DNA of 64,000 nucleotides from an uncultured Phycisphaerales bacterium (GTDB lineage: Bacteria > Planctomycetota > Phycisphaerae > Tepidisphaerales > Tepidisphaeraceae): assembly GCA_963755915.1 (NCBI GenBank), contig CAVWLP010000002.1, positions 4,672,001 through 4,736,000 on the forward strand, in the 5' to 3' direction. The number at the start of each line of letters is the position of its first letter. The first letter of the stretch is position 1. Shown in pieces: positions 37,674-48,056 of this stretch. The notes beneath the pieces are model-generated. The model had not been told where the DNA came from and made no database searches. It saw nothing but the letters and a program-made list of their open reading frames with translations. The position numbers and the translations under genes were made by a program.

Positions 37674-38159
37674 TCACATCAAAACAGGCTTCCCGAGCGC
37701 TCGGCGCGTGACCGTGAATTGACCGATGTGCATGAACGGGTGCGAGGCGAGGAGGATGGCCACATTGGCAACTGTCGGTGCGAATACCTGCATGCGCTGG
37801 GGTGTTGGCTTGGCCAGCTCGGCATCGCTGAGTTTCGCTACCCACGCGGCTGCAGTGTCCATGGCCTGATCGAATCTACCAAGAAGTTCCGATTTGCCGG
37901 GGAAAAAAGCGGGATCGTCGATCGAGGCCTTGCTCTTGCCAAATCGTGTGTCGTCTTCGAACGGGAAAGCGACGCTCGGATCGCAGGTGGTGACCATGCC
38001 GCGGACCGAGTTGGCCAGATGCCCCATCTGCCAGATCGCATGATTGGCGGTTTTGGCCGGGCGGAAAAACATGTCTGCATCCGAAAAGTCCTTGAGGAAC
38101 ATGTCGATCATTCCCCTGGTCTGCAGGATATTCTTCGAGAACAATTCGGCGTTGGACAT
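37674..38159 (-). CDS. DinB family protein
   Basis: NHAIWQMGHL and H..MH.GQ....RRALGK. Confidence 0.85.
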   Translation of the reverse strand: MSNAELFSKNILQTRGMIDMFLKDFSDADMFFRPAKTANHAIWQMGHLANSVRGMVTTCDPSVAFPFEDDTRFGKSKASIDDPAFFPGKSELLGRFDQAMDTAAAWVAKLSDAELAKPTPQRMQVFAPTVANVAILLASHPFMHIGQFTVTRRALGKPVLM

Positions 38160-38294
38160 CGGAAACCTCCGTGGGTGTTTGTGGGGTTGCGGGCAAAAAA
38201 CCGTTGCTGCGGATTCTCATAGGTTTTGTACGCGGATGCAAGTTCAATCGGCATCCGTTTGAGCCGGCGCCGCGCCGGCGGGTATGCTTTTGTT

Positions 38295-38768
38295 ATGCCG
38301 GATGGGACGCCCAGCGCTGCACGTCGATCGTTGCACTTCGACCAGATCGACGACGCCCTGGCAGAGGTTGACCGCCTGGCTGCCGCCGACGCGGGTGGGG
38401 CGCTGAGCACGTCGGGCCGCTGGACGTTTGGTCAGTCGTTGAACCATTTGGCTACCTGGGCCGACTACAGTTACGACGGAGCACCCCTGGCGGTCCCGCT
38501 GCCGGTGCGGCTATTCATTCGGCTGCTGAAGAGGCCCATCCTTTATAAGCCGATGCGGCCCGGCGCGCGCCTTCCCCGCGGAACCCTGGCGATCGACCCG
38601 GCGTCGTCGGCCGACGGGCTGGCGCACCTTCGCCGGTCGTTCCTCCGGCTGCGCGATCAGCCGCCGACCCGTCCGCACTGGGCATTCGGGCTGATGACCC
38701 ACGCCGAGTGGACCGCCCTGCACCTGCGGCACTGTGAATTGCACCTGTCGTTTTTTCGGGCGGGATGA
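38295..38768 (+). CDS. DUF1569 (DinB-like) protein
   Basis: G.WT.GQ.L.HLA; H.AFG.MT..EW..LHLRH.ELHLSF. Confidence 0.8.
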   Translation: MPDGTPSAARRSLHFDQIDDALAEVDRLAAADAGGALSTSGRWTFGQSLNHLATWADYSYDGAPLAVPLPVRLFIRLLKRPILYKPMRPGARLPRGTLAIDPASSADGLAHLRRSFLRLRDQPPTRPHWAFGLMTHAEWTALHLRHCELHLSFFRAG

Positions 38769-38933
38769 TTCCGTCGGTCCGTCAGATCGACGGAAAATCG
38801 ATCAGCGGTGACGCCGCGTCGATTTCCGAGTGGAGAGTCTGGAAACGCGGGATGGTCGCTTATCTTGAGCGTAATAAATACCCTGGGATGTGAGGGGCAA
38901 TTAGACGCGACGAGACGCGGCTTGTTGGAATGC

Positions 38934-38956
38934 AAGCGGCGGGACGCCGCTTCTAC
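38934..38956 (-). repeat. GTAG-type REP palindrome
   Basis: Minus strand GTAG-AAGCGGCG-TCC-CGCCGCTT. Confidence 0.65.
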
Positions 38957-39362
38957 GGGGCTATAGAGTTTTCATCACGCCTCCCGTTCACGTGTCCGTC
39001 CAAGGATTTGGGAGAAACACGTAGACATCGCGCGCATCACCCATGTGGCTCTGAATCGATCGGGAATCGTCCGCCGGCGATAAAGGTTGGTGCTGTACAA
39101 ACGGGACAGCAGGCGTCGGGGCAGTCTGGGGACTTGATACTCGTTGTAGTGATGCATCGTCGTCTCACTTTCGCATGGCCACGCGCAGCTAAGCGTAGGG
39201 AACCGGACAAAGTCGACTGGCGACCCCACCTGGTTGAACTCTGGCCGTGTCTACTGCGCCCGCTTAGGAGAGGGGGAGATAGCCTACCTGCCGAACACGA
39301 GAAGAGAGGATCACAAAAACAGGCCAAACCTGGCAGGAGCCGATCAATCTGATGTGGTTCGC

Positions 39363-40415
39363 TCAATAAGGCGTTTGCACGTCTTTCGAGAGATTCACCT
39401 TACCCATGTAAAAGAACCGGTACGAGAAAAGGAAATAGCAGACGGCCAAAATGAAGGCGATGGGCCACCAGACAAGGGCGATTGCCAGCCCCTTGCCGCT
39501 GGCGGCGGTTTCGTATGCCGTCATGGAGTATTGAGGCGCGAGGGTGGAGCGCAGAATGACCGGAAAAACGCCCGCGGCGCCGGCGATCATCAAGCCGGCG
39601 ATAAATAGGGTCGATCCGAACACCGCGCGGGCGGAATCATTGTGCCGCAGGCTAAGGACCACCTTGCGGGCTCCGATCGCGACGGCAATCAATCCAATCC
39701 ACCCGAAGGGCCGGCGAATAATTCCCCAGAACATGTCGGGACGAACGATCAACGTCTCGACGGTGATGACGGCCAGCAATACGAAAACGGTTTTCCAGAG
39801 CGTGCAGGCGATCCCGTAGCTTCGGTCGTGCACGGGGCCTTCGGTTCTCTCGGCCAAACCGTTGGCTCCATGGGCGGCAAAGAGGAGGAGGACGAAAACG
39901 GCCGTCGAAATCGTGTACCAATCCAGAATCCCGACGTTTCCAAATGGGCTGAAGTTGGTGAAAAACGCGAGGGAGAATTTTTCATCGCCCCCCAGCGGAA
40001 CGCCGCGGATGACGTTGCCGAGGGCAGCGCCGATCAGGATCGCCAGCAGCACGTTGGAGGCGACGAAGCAGAAATTCCACGCGGTGCGCCACATCGGATT
40101 GTCGATGTGGCCGCCCACTTCTATGGACACGCCGCGCAAGATCAGGCCCCAGAGAAGCAGCATCAGCGCCAAATAAAAGCCGGAGAAGGTAACCGCCATC
40201 ACCGCGGGAAAGGAAAGAAGAAACGTGCCCCCAAAGCCCACGATCCAGACTTCGTGCCAGGACCAAAGCGGGCCGATGGCGGTAATAACCGTGCGGCGCT
40301 CATCATCGGTTTTGCCGACGATGGGTTGCAGCATGCCGGCGCCGATGTCGGAGCCTTCCAGGACGACGTAGGCCATGAGCATAAACGAGATGATTGAATA
40401 CCAGATTGCAATCAT
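39363..40415 (-). CDS. cydB: Cytochrome bd ubiquinol oxidase subunit II
   Basis: YVVLEG.D.GAG, IGPLW..HEVW, LILRGVSIE; overlaps the cydA stop. Confidence 0.93.
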   Translation of the reverse strand: MIAIWYSIISFMLMAYVVLEGSDIGAGMLQPIVGKTDDERRTVITAIGPLWSWHEVWIVGFGGTFLLSFPAVMAVTFSGFYLALMLLLWGLILRGVSIEVGGHIDNPMWRTAWNFCFVASNVLLAILIGAALGNVIRGVPLGGDEKFSLAFFTNFSPFGNVGILDWYTISTAVFVLLLFAAHGANGLAERTEGPVHDRSYGIACTLWKTVFVLLAVITVETLIVRPDMFWGIIRRPFGWIGLIAVAIGARKVVLSLRHNDSARAVFGSTLFIAGLMIAGAAGVFPVILRSTLAPQYSMTAYETAASGKGLAIALVWWPIAFILAVCYFLFSYRFFYMGKVNLSKDVQTPY

Positions 40416-41791
40416 GCGACACCTTGAAGCCGCTCTGCCGGAGGAAGTTCGTGCGAATCGTCAGGCGAGTGGATGTCCTTTGGGCCCAGGGCAATTTCGC
40501 GTCCGATGAGGAACAGATAAAGCACTCCAAGGAGAAAATAGAGTCCGCAAAAGCCAAGCAGCGTGAAGAGCACGTTGCCTCCGCTGACGACGTCGCTCAC
40601 GCCCTGACTGGTGCGGAAGAGATTGAAGACAAGCCAGGGCTGCCGGCCCATTTCCGCTGTCATCCAGCCGGCGGTTGTGGCAATGTAGGGGAATGGAAAA
40701 GCAAGCATGAGAAGCCAGAGGAGGCCGCGGGATTGCTCCAACCTCCCGCGCAGGCGCTGAATGTTGGCAATGCCCATCAAAAGGATGAAACAGGTTCCCA
40801 GGCCGGCCATGATGTGGAAGGCGTAATAGAGCAGGTCGATATTTGTCGGCCACTGGTCCCGCGGAAAGGCATCGAGGCCTTGAACGCTGGCATTCATATG
40901 CCCGAACGCGAGCACGCTTAACGCCCGGGGAAGGTAAACGGCATTGTCCAGCCTCTCTTGCGCTACATTCGGTTGCCCGATGACATTGAGCTCGACGCCC
41001 GTCGCGGTGTGAAAGTGCCCCTCCATCCCGGCAAGCACGACGGGTTGATATTTCGCGACCAGCTTTGCCTGCCTGTCACCAGTTGGAAAGGCCACCAGGA
41101 AGCAGAAAATCAGCCCGGCAACGGTGCCCGTCTTCAAAAAAAGCGTAGCCTGCTCGCGATGTTTCCCGGCAAGGGCATAGCCCGCTCCCACCGCCGCCAC
41201 GACAAACGAACCTGTCACCAGCGCGGCGCATTGATTGTGCATGAACATGACCAGGCCCCAGGGGTTGAGCAGAAAATGAGCCACGTTATCCAGCCGGAGC
41301 GTGCCGTCGGCCGCAAAGGCGTAACCCGAAGGATGTTGCATGAACGCGTTGGTGAGGAGGATGAAGTACCCCGATGTCCAGCTTCCCAAAGCCACGCCGA
41401 AAGTGGCCAGAAAATGGTTTCTCGGCCCCAGGCGTTTTTCCCCCCAGACCATCGCCCCGATCATCGCGCTCTCCAGAAAGAAGGCAAACATTCCTTCCAT
41501 GGCCAATGTCTGGCCGATGATGTTGCCGGAATATTTCGAAAAATTGGCCCAGTTGGTCCCAAACTGAAATTCCATGGGGATGCCAGTCACAACTCCGACG
41601 GCAAAGTTAATTCCGAAAATCCGCGACCAGAATCGTGCCGCATTCCCAAAGCGCTCGTCCCCTGTGCGCAGGTATTTCCACTTGAAGTAGACGATAATCC
41701 ATGCGAGCCCCATGGTGAGCTGAGGGAAGAGATAGTGATAGGTGAGCGTAAAAGCGAATTGAGCCCGGCTCCAGAAGAGTGTGTCTTCCAT
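40412..41791 (-). CDS. cydA: Cytochrome bd ubiquinol oxidase subunit I
   Basis: HYLFPQLTMG, TGIPMEFQFGTNW, FHIMAG, AEMGRQPW. Confidence 0.95.
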   Translation of the reverse strand: MEDTLFWSRAQFAFTLTYHYLFPQLTMGLAWIIVYFKWKYLRTGDERFGNAARFWSRIFGINFAVGVVTGIPMEFQFGTNWANFSKYSGNIIGQTLAMEGMFAFFLESAMIGAMVWGEKRLGPRNHFLATFGVALGSWTSGYFILLTNAFMQHPSGYAFAADGTLRLDNVAHFLLNPWGLVMFMHNQCAALVTGSFVVAAVGAGYALAGKHREQATLFLKTGTVAGLIFCFLVAFPTGDRQAKLVAKYQPVVLAGMEGHFHTATGVELNVIGQPNVAQERLDNAVYLPRALSVLAFGHMNASVQGLDAFPRDQWPTNIDLLYYAFHIMAGLGTCFILLMGIANIQRLRGRLEQSRGLLWLLMLAFPFPYIATTAGWMTAEMGRQPWLVFNLFRTSQGVSDVVSGGNVLFTLLGFCGLYFLLGVLYLFLIGREIALGPKDIHSPDDSHELPPAERLQGVA

Positions 41792-41915
41792 TGTCTTGTC
41801 CCTAGTTCGGCACTTACCGCTCGTTGTGTCCTGCTGAGGCCCGGGCAGTGCGGATCGCAAATTGCGATGGCGATATTAACCGGGGACTGAACGGTTGTAC
41901 CTGCCCTGGGCAAAT

Positions 41916-42185
41916 CTATTTATGGCGCATAATCTGCCGGCTCTTGCGCGGGCACGCCCTGCCGTTCCTGTTGCCGCAGACCAGGCAGGCTTCGGCCACT
42001 TCCCTGCGGATGGTCAGCCATGGTGATCCGTGGATGAGTCGCCGTCCGATGGCCGCGGCCATCAGTCGCAAATACGGGTCCCGAATCGCTGATTCATCGA
42101 GAAGAAACTCCGATTCCAGTTCAATCAAAGTATTCATAACGGCCTCCAGACCCTTCCAGGGCGGCTTATACTCCATCACCGCCAT
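41916..42185 (-). CDS. Small hypothetical protein with C-terminal Cys cluster
   Basis: MAVMEYKPPW...CLVCGNRNGRACP; TACGCT 7 nt before the ATG. Confidence 0.45.
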   Translation of the reverse strand: MAVMEYKPPWKGLEAVMNTLIELESEFLLDESAIRDPYLRLMAAAIGRRLIHGSPWLTIRREVAEACLVCGNRNGRACPRKSRQIMRHK

Positions 42186-42288
42186 ATTGTTCAGCGTAGG
42201 GATAGGACACGGCGGAAGCGGAGAGCATCTCAAGAATCGGGGTCCCGAAAATCGATCGAGCCAGGGGGAATGCTCGAATAGAGCGCCG

Positions 42289-44283
42289 TCAATCTTCCGC
42301 GTGCCACAGCGCCTTGGCCGGAATGATTTCCTTCTGATCGTCGGCAGTGATCCAATAAAGCAGCGCGTGGCCGCCGCCGTTATGGTTCCAGTATTCGATC
42401 GTGATCTGATGCGTGCCGGGAGAAACCGGCTTTCGATAACCAACACTGGCGACGGTGATGAAAGCGATGACCTGGTTGCCGTCGAGGAAGACGCGACCGG
42501 CATCGCGTGCCGCGAAGACCAGCCCGTTGATGCCCCCCGCGGGAACCAGCAGCACGCCCTTCCAGCGGATGGAATAGCGCGGCAGCGGCAGCCCCGGCGC
42601 GGGGGCAACATCGCGCCCCATCTGAAATTGACCTGCGGATCAACGCGCGAAAGGAAGAGACTTTGGAATTGCCCCCCTTGAAAAATGTCTGCGGTCAGGC
42701 CCGGCTGGAACTTCCCTGCGGGGAGGAAAACTTCGGGTAGGCTGGGGACGGCAATAGGGAGGTCTGCAGCAGACGGTTGCGTGGCCGGGGGAGCCTGGGC
42801 AATGGCAGTCGGACGCGTCGCGGCAAGGGATTCTGCAATCGGGCTCGGCGGGGTCGCGGGCGATGTGAATCTCACGATCTCAGGCCGCGGGATCTTCTGC
42901 GGTTTTGGAAGAATTGCCGGTTGAGTGGCCGGGAGAGCGATTGATGCAACGAGGGGTTGCGTCGCCGGAGCCGCGGGCGCAATGGCGATCGTCTGCGGCG
43001 GCGGCTGATATCGGATCGTCAGGACAACGGCAACAGCCGTGGCGACCAGCGCAATCATGCCCAGCGCCAGGGAAATGACGTTGGTCTGATGTCGCCGGAG
43101 GAATTTCCCGGCGCGATAGATCCGGCTCGGTGGCCGCGCCCAATCGGCTCGTCCGCCAGAAATCGCCCCACATCTGCCGCCAGCGCTTCGGCCGATTCGT
43201 AACGCCGGTCCGCGGATTTCTCCATCGCCTTCATCACGATGCTGTCCAGATTGCGCGGCAGACGGCGCAATGCGCGCAAGCTTGGCCGCGGCGGATCCTC
43301 TTCCAGCAGAATCTGCTGAATCCGCGTCATCGTCAGCGATTTCCACCCCTCGGCGTCAAACGGCGCAGCATCCGTCAGCATTTCATAAAGGATCGCCCCC
43401 AGCGAATAGACATCCGTGCGGACGTCGAGCTTGTCGTGCCGGCCCGCGGCCTGCTCGGGACTCATGTACAGCGGCGTGCCCAAAAGCTGCGTCTGATCGA
43501 GCATCGTCATGCGCGGATCGAGGTTTTCCTCGCCGCTGAGCGCCTTGGCGATGCCGAAGTCGATCACCTTGGGCGTGGCGGCGCGATCGACCCGCGTTAC
43601 CAGCACGTTTCCCGGCTTCAGATCGCGATGAATGATCCCCTTCGAGTGTGCATGCTGGACGGCCATGCAGACGGTCTGGAAAAGTTTCAGCCGGGCCAGC
43701 AGATCGAGCCCCCCTTCCCGGCAGAAATCGGTGATCGGCTTCCCGTCGACCAGCTCCATGACGAAGTACGGCCTGCCCCCGGGCGTAGCGCCGGCATCCA
43801 GAACACCGGCGATGTTGGGGTGATTCATCCGCGCCAGCGATTCGCGCTCGCGTTCGAAGCGGGCCACGACCTGCCGCATGTCCATTCCCGGCTTGATCAC
43901 CTTCAGAGCCACCCACCGCCGCAGCGGCTGCTCCTGACGGGCGCGAAAGACCGTACCCGTTCCCCCCTCCCCGATCGGATCGGCAAGCAGATACGGTCCG
44001 ATCTTTTTCCCCGGCGCCAGTTTTTCGAAAAGCTCGGACTGCCCGGAAGAGATCGTCGGGTCGGCCAGGAAATCGCCGGCGCGCTCGAGAGCGCTCAGCA
44101 GGCTTTGCACTTCCGTTTTGAGCTGCTTATCGCTTCCGCAGGCGATGTCCAGCATGGTGGCGCGAGCAGCCGGAGCAAGATCGACGATCCGGTTGAACAG
44201 CTCCTGCACGGCCCGGCGCGGTGCTTGGCGGGACTGGAAGCTTGAGATTGGGAGGCGCGATCGCCGTCTTCGGCTTCGCTCAC
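42289..44283 (-). CDS. Hanks-type Ser/Thr kinase with TM helix, Pro/Ala linker and extracellular PA14-like domain; frameshifts near 44215, 43140 and 42610
   Basis: GEGGTG, VALK, HRDLKPGN, DFG, GTPLYMSPEQ, DVYSLG; PA14 signs RVDPQVNFRWG, YSIRWKG, ITIEY. The GTG start overlaps the sigma stop (GTGA). Confidence 0.85.
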
Positions 44284-44834
44284 GTTTTAAATTCCTCCAG
44301 CGCCCGGAAGAGCCAGGCGCGGGCGTACGTCCACTCGCGGGCCGCCGTGCGCGGGGAGATTCCCAGCGTCTCGGCCGTCTCCTCGACGCTGAGCCCGGCA
44401 TAAAAGCGCAGCCGCACCACCGACGCCGCAAGGCCCGACTCTTCTTCAAGGCGCGAAATCGCCTCGTCGAATGCCAGGATCTCCCCCGAATCTGGAGCGG
44501 CGGCAAGATCGAGGACATTGAGCGGAACCCGATTGCCTTTCCCACCCCCCCGCTTCACCCGCCCCTTGGACCGGGCGTATTCGATCAGAATATGCCGCAT
44601 GGCTTCCGCAGCCGCCTTGAAAAAGTGCGCCCGGTTGGCGAATTTCCCGCCGGGAGCCAATCGCATATACGCCTCGTGGACCAGCGCCGTCGCCTGCAGC
44701 GTGTGACCCACGTTTTCCTGCGCCATCCGATGGCGGGCGAGGGTGCGCAGCTCATCGTAAACCAGCGGCAGCAGGTCCGAAGCCGGCTTCAAATCAGGCG
44801 GTTGCCCCGGTCTTTGGGGGTCTGGGCTTGACAT
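44280..44834 (-). CDS. ECF sigma factor, kinase-associated planctomycete type
   Basis: LLPLVYDELR..A, HTLQATALVHEAYMRL, RAHFF..AA.AMR.IL, W..ARAWL. Confidence 0.93.
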   Translation of the reverse strand: MSSPDPQRPGQPPDLKPASDLLPLVYDELRTLARHRMAQENVGHTLQATALVHEAYMRLAPGGKFANRAHFFKAAAEAMRHILIEYARSKGRVKRGGGKGNRVPLNVLDLAAAPDSGEILAFDEAISRLEEESGLAASVVRLRFYAGLSVEETAETLGISPRTAAREWTYARAWLFRALEEFKT

Positions 44835-45059
44835 AGTGTTTTCCCGGGCAGGTCCTGGCGCGGCATTATAAGGATCGGCCCATTTCCGCGAATTTTCAGG
44901 AAACAATTCACCGCAATTTTGTGATACAATAAATCTTGGCAGGCGACGCAGAATTCTGTCGCCTTAACGGGCGAGGCTCGAAACAAGAATGAAGAACTAC
45001 ACTCGCGGACGCAGCATTTTTGCTAGAATCTCAACCATCTGAAGAGGGATTTCCAAACC

Positions 45060-45913
45060 ATGCGACACACATATCTTGGGGCAGCGATTGCGGTGTTGGT
45101 GCTGGCGATTGGCGGCGGCCTCGCCCGCGGCCAGGATGATAAAGACACCGCCCCGACCAACGACAACACCCTTTCGCCAACGGTTAAGCTTGAACTTGAA
45201 GTCGACGCCTTAACCACCCTGAACGACCTTAATCTGTCCGCGACCCAGCTTTCCGCCCTCAAGGACACGGCTTCCGACACCGCCGGCTCGCTCTCGGAAA
45301 CCCCCACGCCCATCAGCGATGATTACAAGGCGGCGCTAAAGGGCCTCAAGACCGCCCTGGTCGGCGGCAACGACGACAAAATCGAAACCGCCGAGGACAG
45401 CGTCGGTGACCTTGCCGATAAACAGGACGATGATTCCGAGCCGGACATCGAACAGTCCCAATCGGCGAAGGAGAAGGCGGCAGCGCTCGTGAAGTCCCTG
45501 TCCGTCAAACAATTGGCCCAATACTTGAGTGCCAATGCCGATGAGATTGACGATCCCACCCAGGTCGTGACCGACGCAATCCATCAGTCGCGGGGCATGT
45601 CAGACGATGATTTTCGGATCTCGTCGACGACACGACGCAGGACCTGACCATTTTCCTGGCCGGACCCAATCCAACCAAAACGCCGGCCGTTATTGGCAAA
45701 GTGAAGTCACTGCTCACTCGGGCGCACAGGATGAAGGACGACGAATACAGCGACCAGCAATCGGCCCTCGAGGCCGATGCCCGCAAGCTCGTGGGCGGAG
45801 TTGATCCCGTAAACTGCATGCGTCACTGGATGGAAAACGAAATGGCCGATCTGCTCGCCAACCCGGAGTTGTCCCAGGCGATCGACGACTGGACCGCGGC
45901 GGGCAAAGGATAA
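45060..45913 (+). CDS. Secreted acidic alpha-helical hypothetical protein; frameshift near 45620
   Basis: Signal peptide; ORFs 45060-45647 and 45701-45913 have the same composition and join through one frameshift. Confidence 0.65.
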
Positions 45914-45983
45914 ACGGCTGCGTGAGTTCGAACCGGGTTCAAAAGAATCATTCAGTGCAGATATCAAACATTGGGGTTCAAAT

Positions 45984-46277
45984 ATGAAGCGATTGATTGT
46001 GGGTTTAATGCTCCTGACGATTCTGGTTGGATCTGTTCCGGGCCTCGCCGCGGATCAGAAGGACAGGGACAACGGCAAATCCTCCAGCGTGGAGGGGAAA
46101 ACGGCGGCGACGACGCGACCGGGCAGGCATCACCATCATCGCCGGCGGCGCCGACGCTTCATTTTCATCCATCGTCATCATCACCGGCATCACCGCCGCT
46201 GGCGGCTCCGCCGTTGGCTGCGCCGTCACCGCCATCACCGGAAAAAGAAGGGGTCGGGAACCTCGTCGAAAAAATGA
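45984..46277 (+). CDS. Small secreted His/Arg-rich protein
   Basis: Signal peptide MKRLIVGLMLLTILVGSVPGLA followed by HHHHRRRRRRFIFIHRHHHRHHRRWRLRRWLRRHRHHRKKK. Confidence 0.65.
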   Translation: MKRLIVGLMLLTILVGSVPGLAADQKDRDNGKSSSVEGKTAATTRPGRHHHHRRRRRRFIFIHRHHHRHHRRWRLRRWLRRHRHHRKKKGSGTSSKK

Positions 46278-46300
46278 CCCGCCGAAAAAATGACCCGCGG

Positions 46301-48023
46301 CTACAGGAGCGACTCGGCAAGGTCCGCGAAATCCGAGCCCTTCACCGCCTCCAGTAGCTGTGCGTGATTCTTGAGACGCTGGCAATAAGGAATGTGGACT
46401 CGGGGCCGGCTCTCGTAGCGGAAATTGAATGACACGCCAAGCGCATCCGCGATGTCGCGAAGCGGGCCCGGACCATCCGGAATTCGTCCCCCGGCGGCCG
46501 AGCCGGTCTGCCCCGCAAGGTCTTCGAAAACACATTCGACCAGCTTGCCCCCCGCGGCGCCCTCCAGAAATTCCCGCCGAAAGCTCACGATCTTCCGCGT
46601 ATCTTCCAAACATCTTTCCGGGTCGATGCTGTACCGGCGATGGGGCTCGAAATCGTCCTCCCGCCAGTTTCTCTGGGCGGCCATCGATGCGGAAATGGCG
46701 CACTGGAGAATGTTGTGCCGCGTGGTGTGAATCAATGTCGCGCCGCGCGCCTTGAGATAAAGCAAAAAAAATGGCGGACGCGTCGTGCTCCAGTTGATTG
46801 GCGCCAGATGCCGCAGGTGCGTGTACTTGATATCGATGCCGATGGCCCGGCAGTGGCTCTTGTCGGACCCCGACCATTGGTTGCGGATGCGATAAAGCAT
46901 GAACTGGAAATAGCGGTCCAGCAGTGATTCCATCTCTCCCGGGCTCATGGGCGGAAACGTATTCGGCGGAAGGCTGCGCAGATAATTATCCCAATGAGCG
47001 GCCGCCGCGCTGGGCGACAGAACTTCGCCCATCATGGCAATCTCATCGCTGGTGTTCAGGATATTCCGCAGCAGGTTTGACCCCGTGCGATGCGAGCCGA
47101 TCACGGCGAAGAAATCGGCGCCCGCTCCCCGAAACATCGCCTGGTCCTTGAACGTGAATTGCCCGGACGGCCCGGACGGATCGGTGCGGACGATCAGATC
47201 GTGCAGCGAATTGCTGAGCCGCTTCCACGCCTCCCAGAAATCCGGTGAATCGGGGCCCTCGTGATCCGCGGCCAGATGATGCAGGCGGAAATAGGTTTCC
47301 CGGGTGAGATTGCTGATAAACGGGATGGAATCAAAATCGTCGTCCCCAAAATGGTTGTGACGCAGCTCGGGGTCCACGAAATTCCGCGTGAAATCGTGAA
47401 GATCCGGATGGTCGCCCGCAACCGGAATCTCCAGCGCATGGGCGACGCGCCCGAGCTGCGACTCGGGGTCGGCCATCAGCAAATCGTAATCGACCACCAC
47501 AAACCGGCGATCGCGCAGAAGCGAAAAATAGGGAACGATATAGCTAAGCGAAAGCAGATGGGCCGTCGCCGCCGGCATGTTCTGCCGTTTCAGAAGCGAT
47601 GCCGCGATGCTGACCGGGTTGCGGATGGCCACGATATAGCGGTCGTCGACGCCCAGCTCATCGAACACGGCTCGCCAGAACGGGAAGAGCCGGATGATGC
47701 GGGGGTTTTTGAACCCCCACAGCGGATTTTTCGCGAAATCGCGCAGATAGCCGACCGCCTCGGCACGGAGATCGAGCACCGGCTTCGTCTGCCACTGGGC
47801 TTCGTCAATCACGGATATGCTTTCCCAGTTGAGGCCCAGCAGCGTCAGCAGGCGCTCGCTGAGATCGTTGACCCCTTTATCTTCCCAATATCCGGTCGGA
47901 TTATCCGGCCGGCTGGCCAGGAATTGATCGCCGATGTGAACGCCAAGCGCCTTAAGCCCGCGCGAGGACGCTGGTGCCGCTTCGGTGCATACCGACGACC
48001 ACAATGGCCCGTGAAGGTGCCAT
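46301..48023 (-). CDS. Tandem sulfotransferase-domain protein; frameshift near 47960
   Basis: Reconstructed N-terminus MAPSRAIVVVGMHRSGTSVL; DNPTGYWED, WGFKNPR, RNP; second PAPS-binding loop IGSHRTGSNLL. Confidence 0.8.
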
Positions 48024-48056
48024 GATTGGATTCTAAGTCCCGCTGGATGGGTTGGC

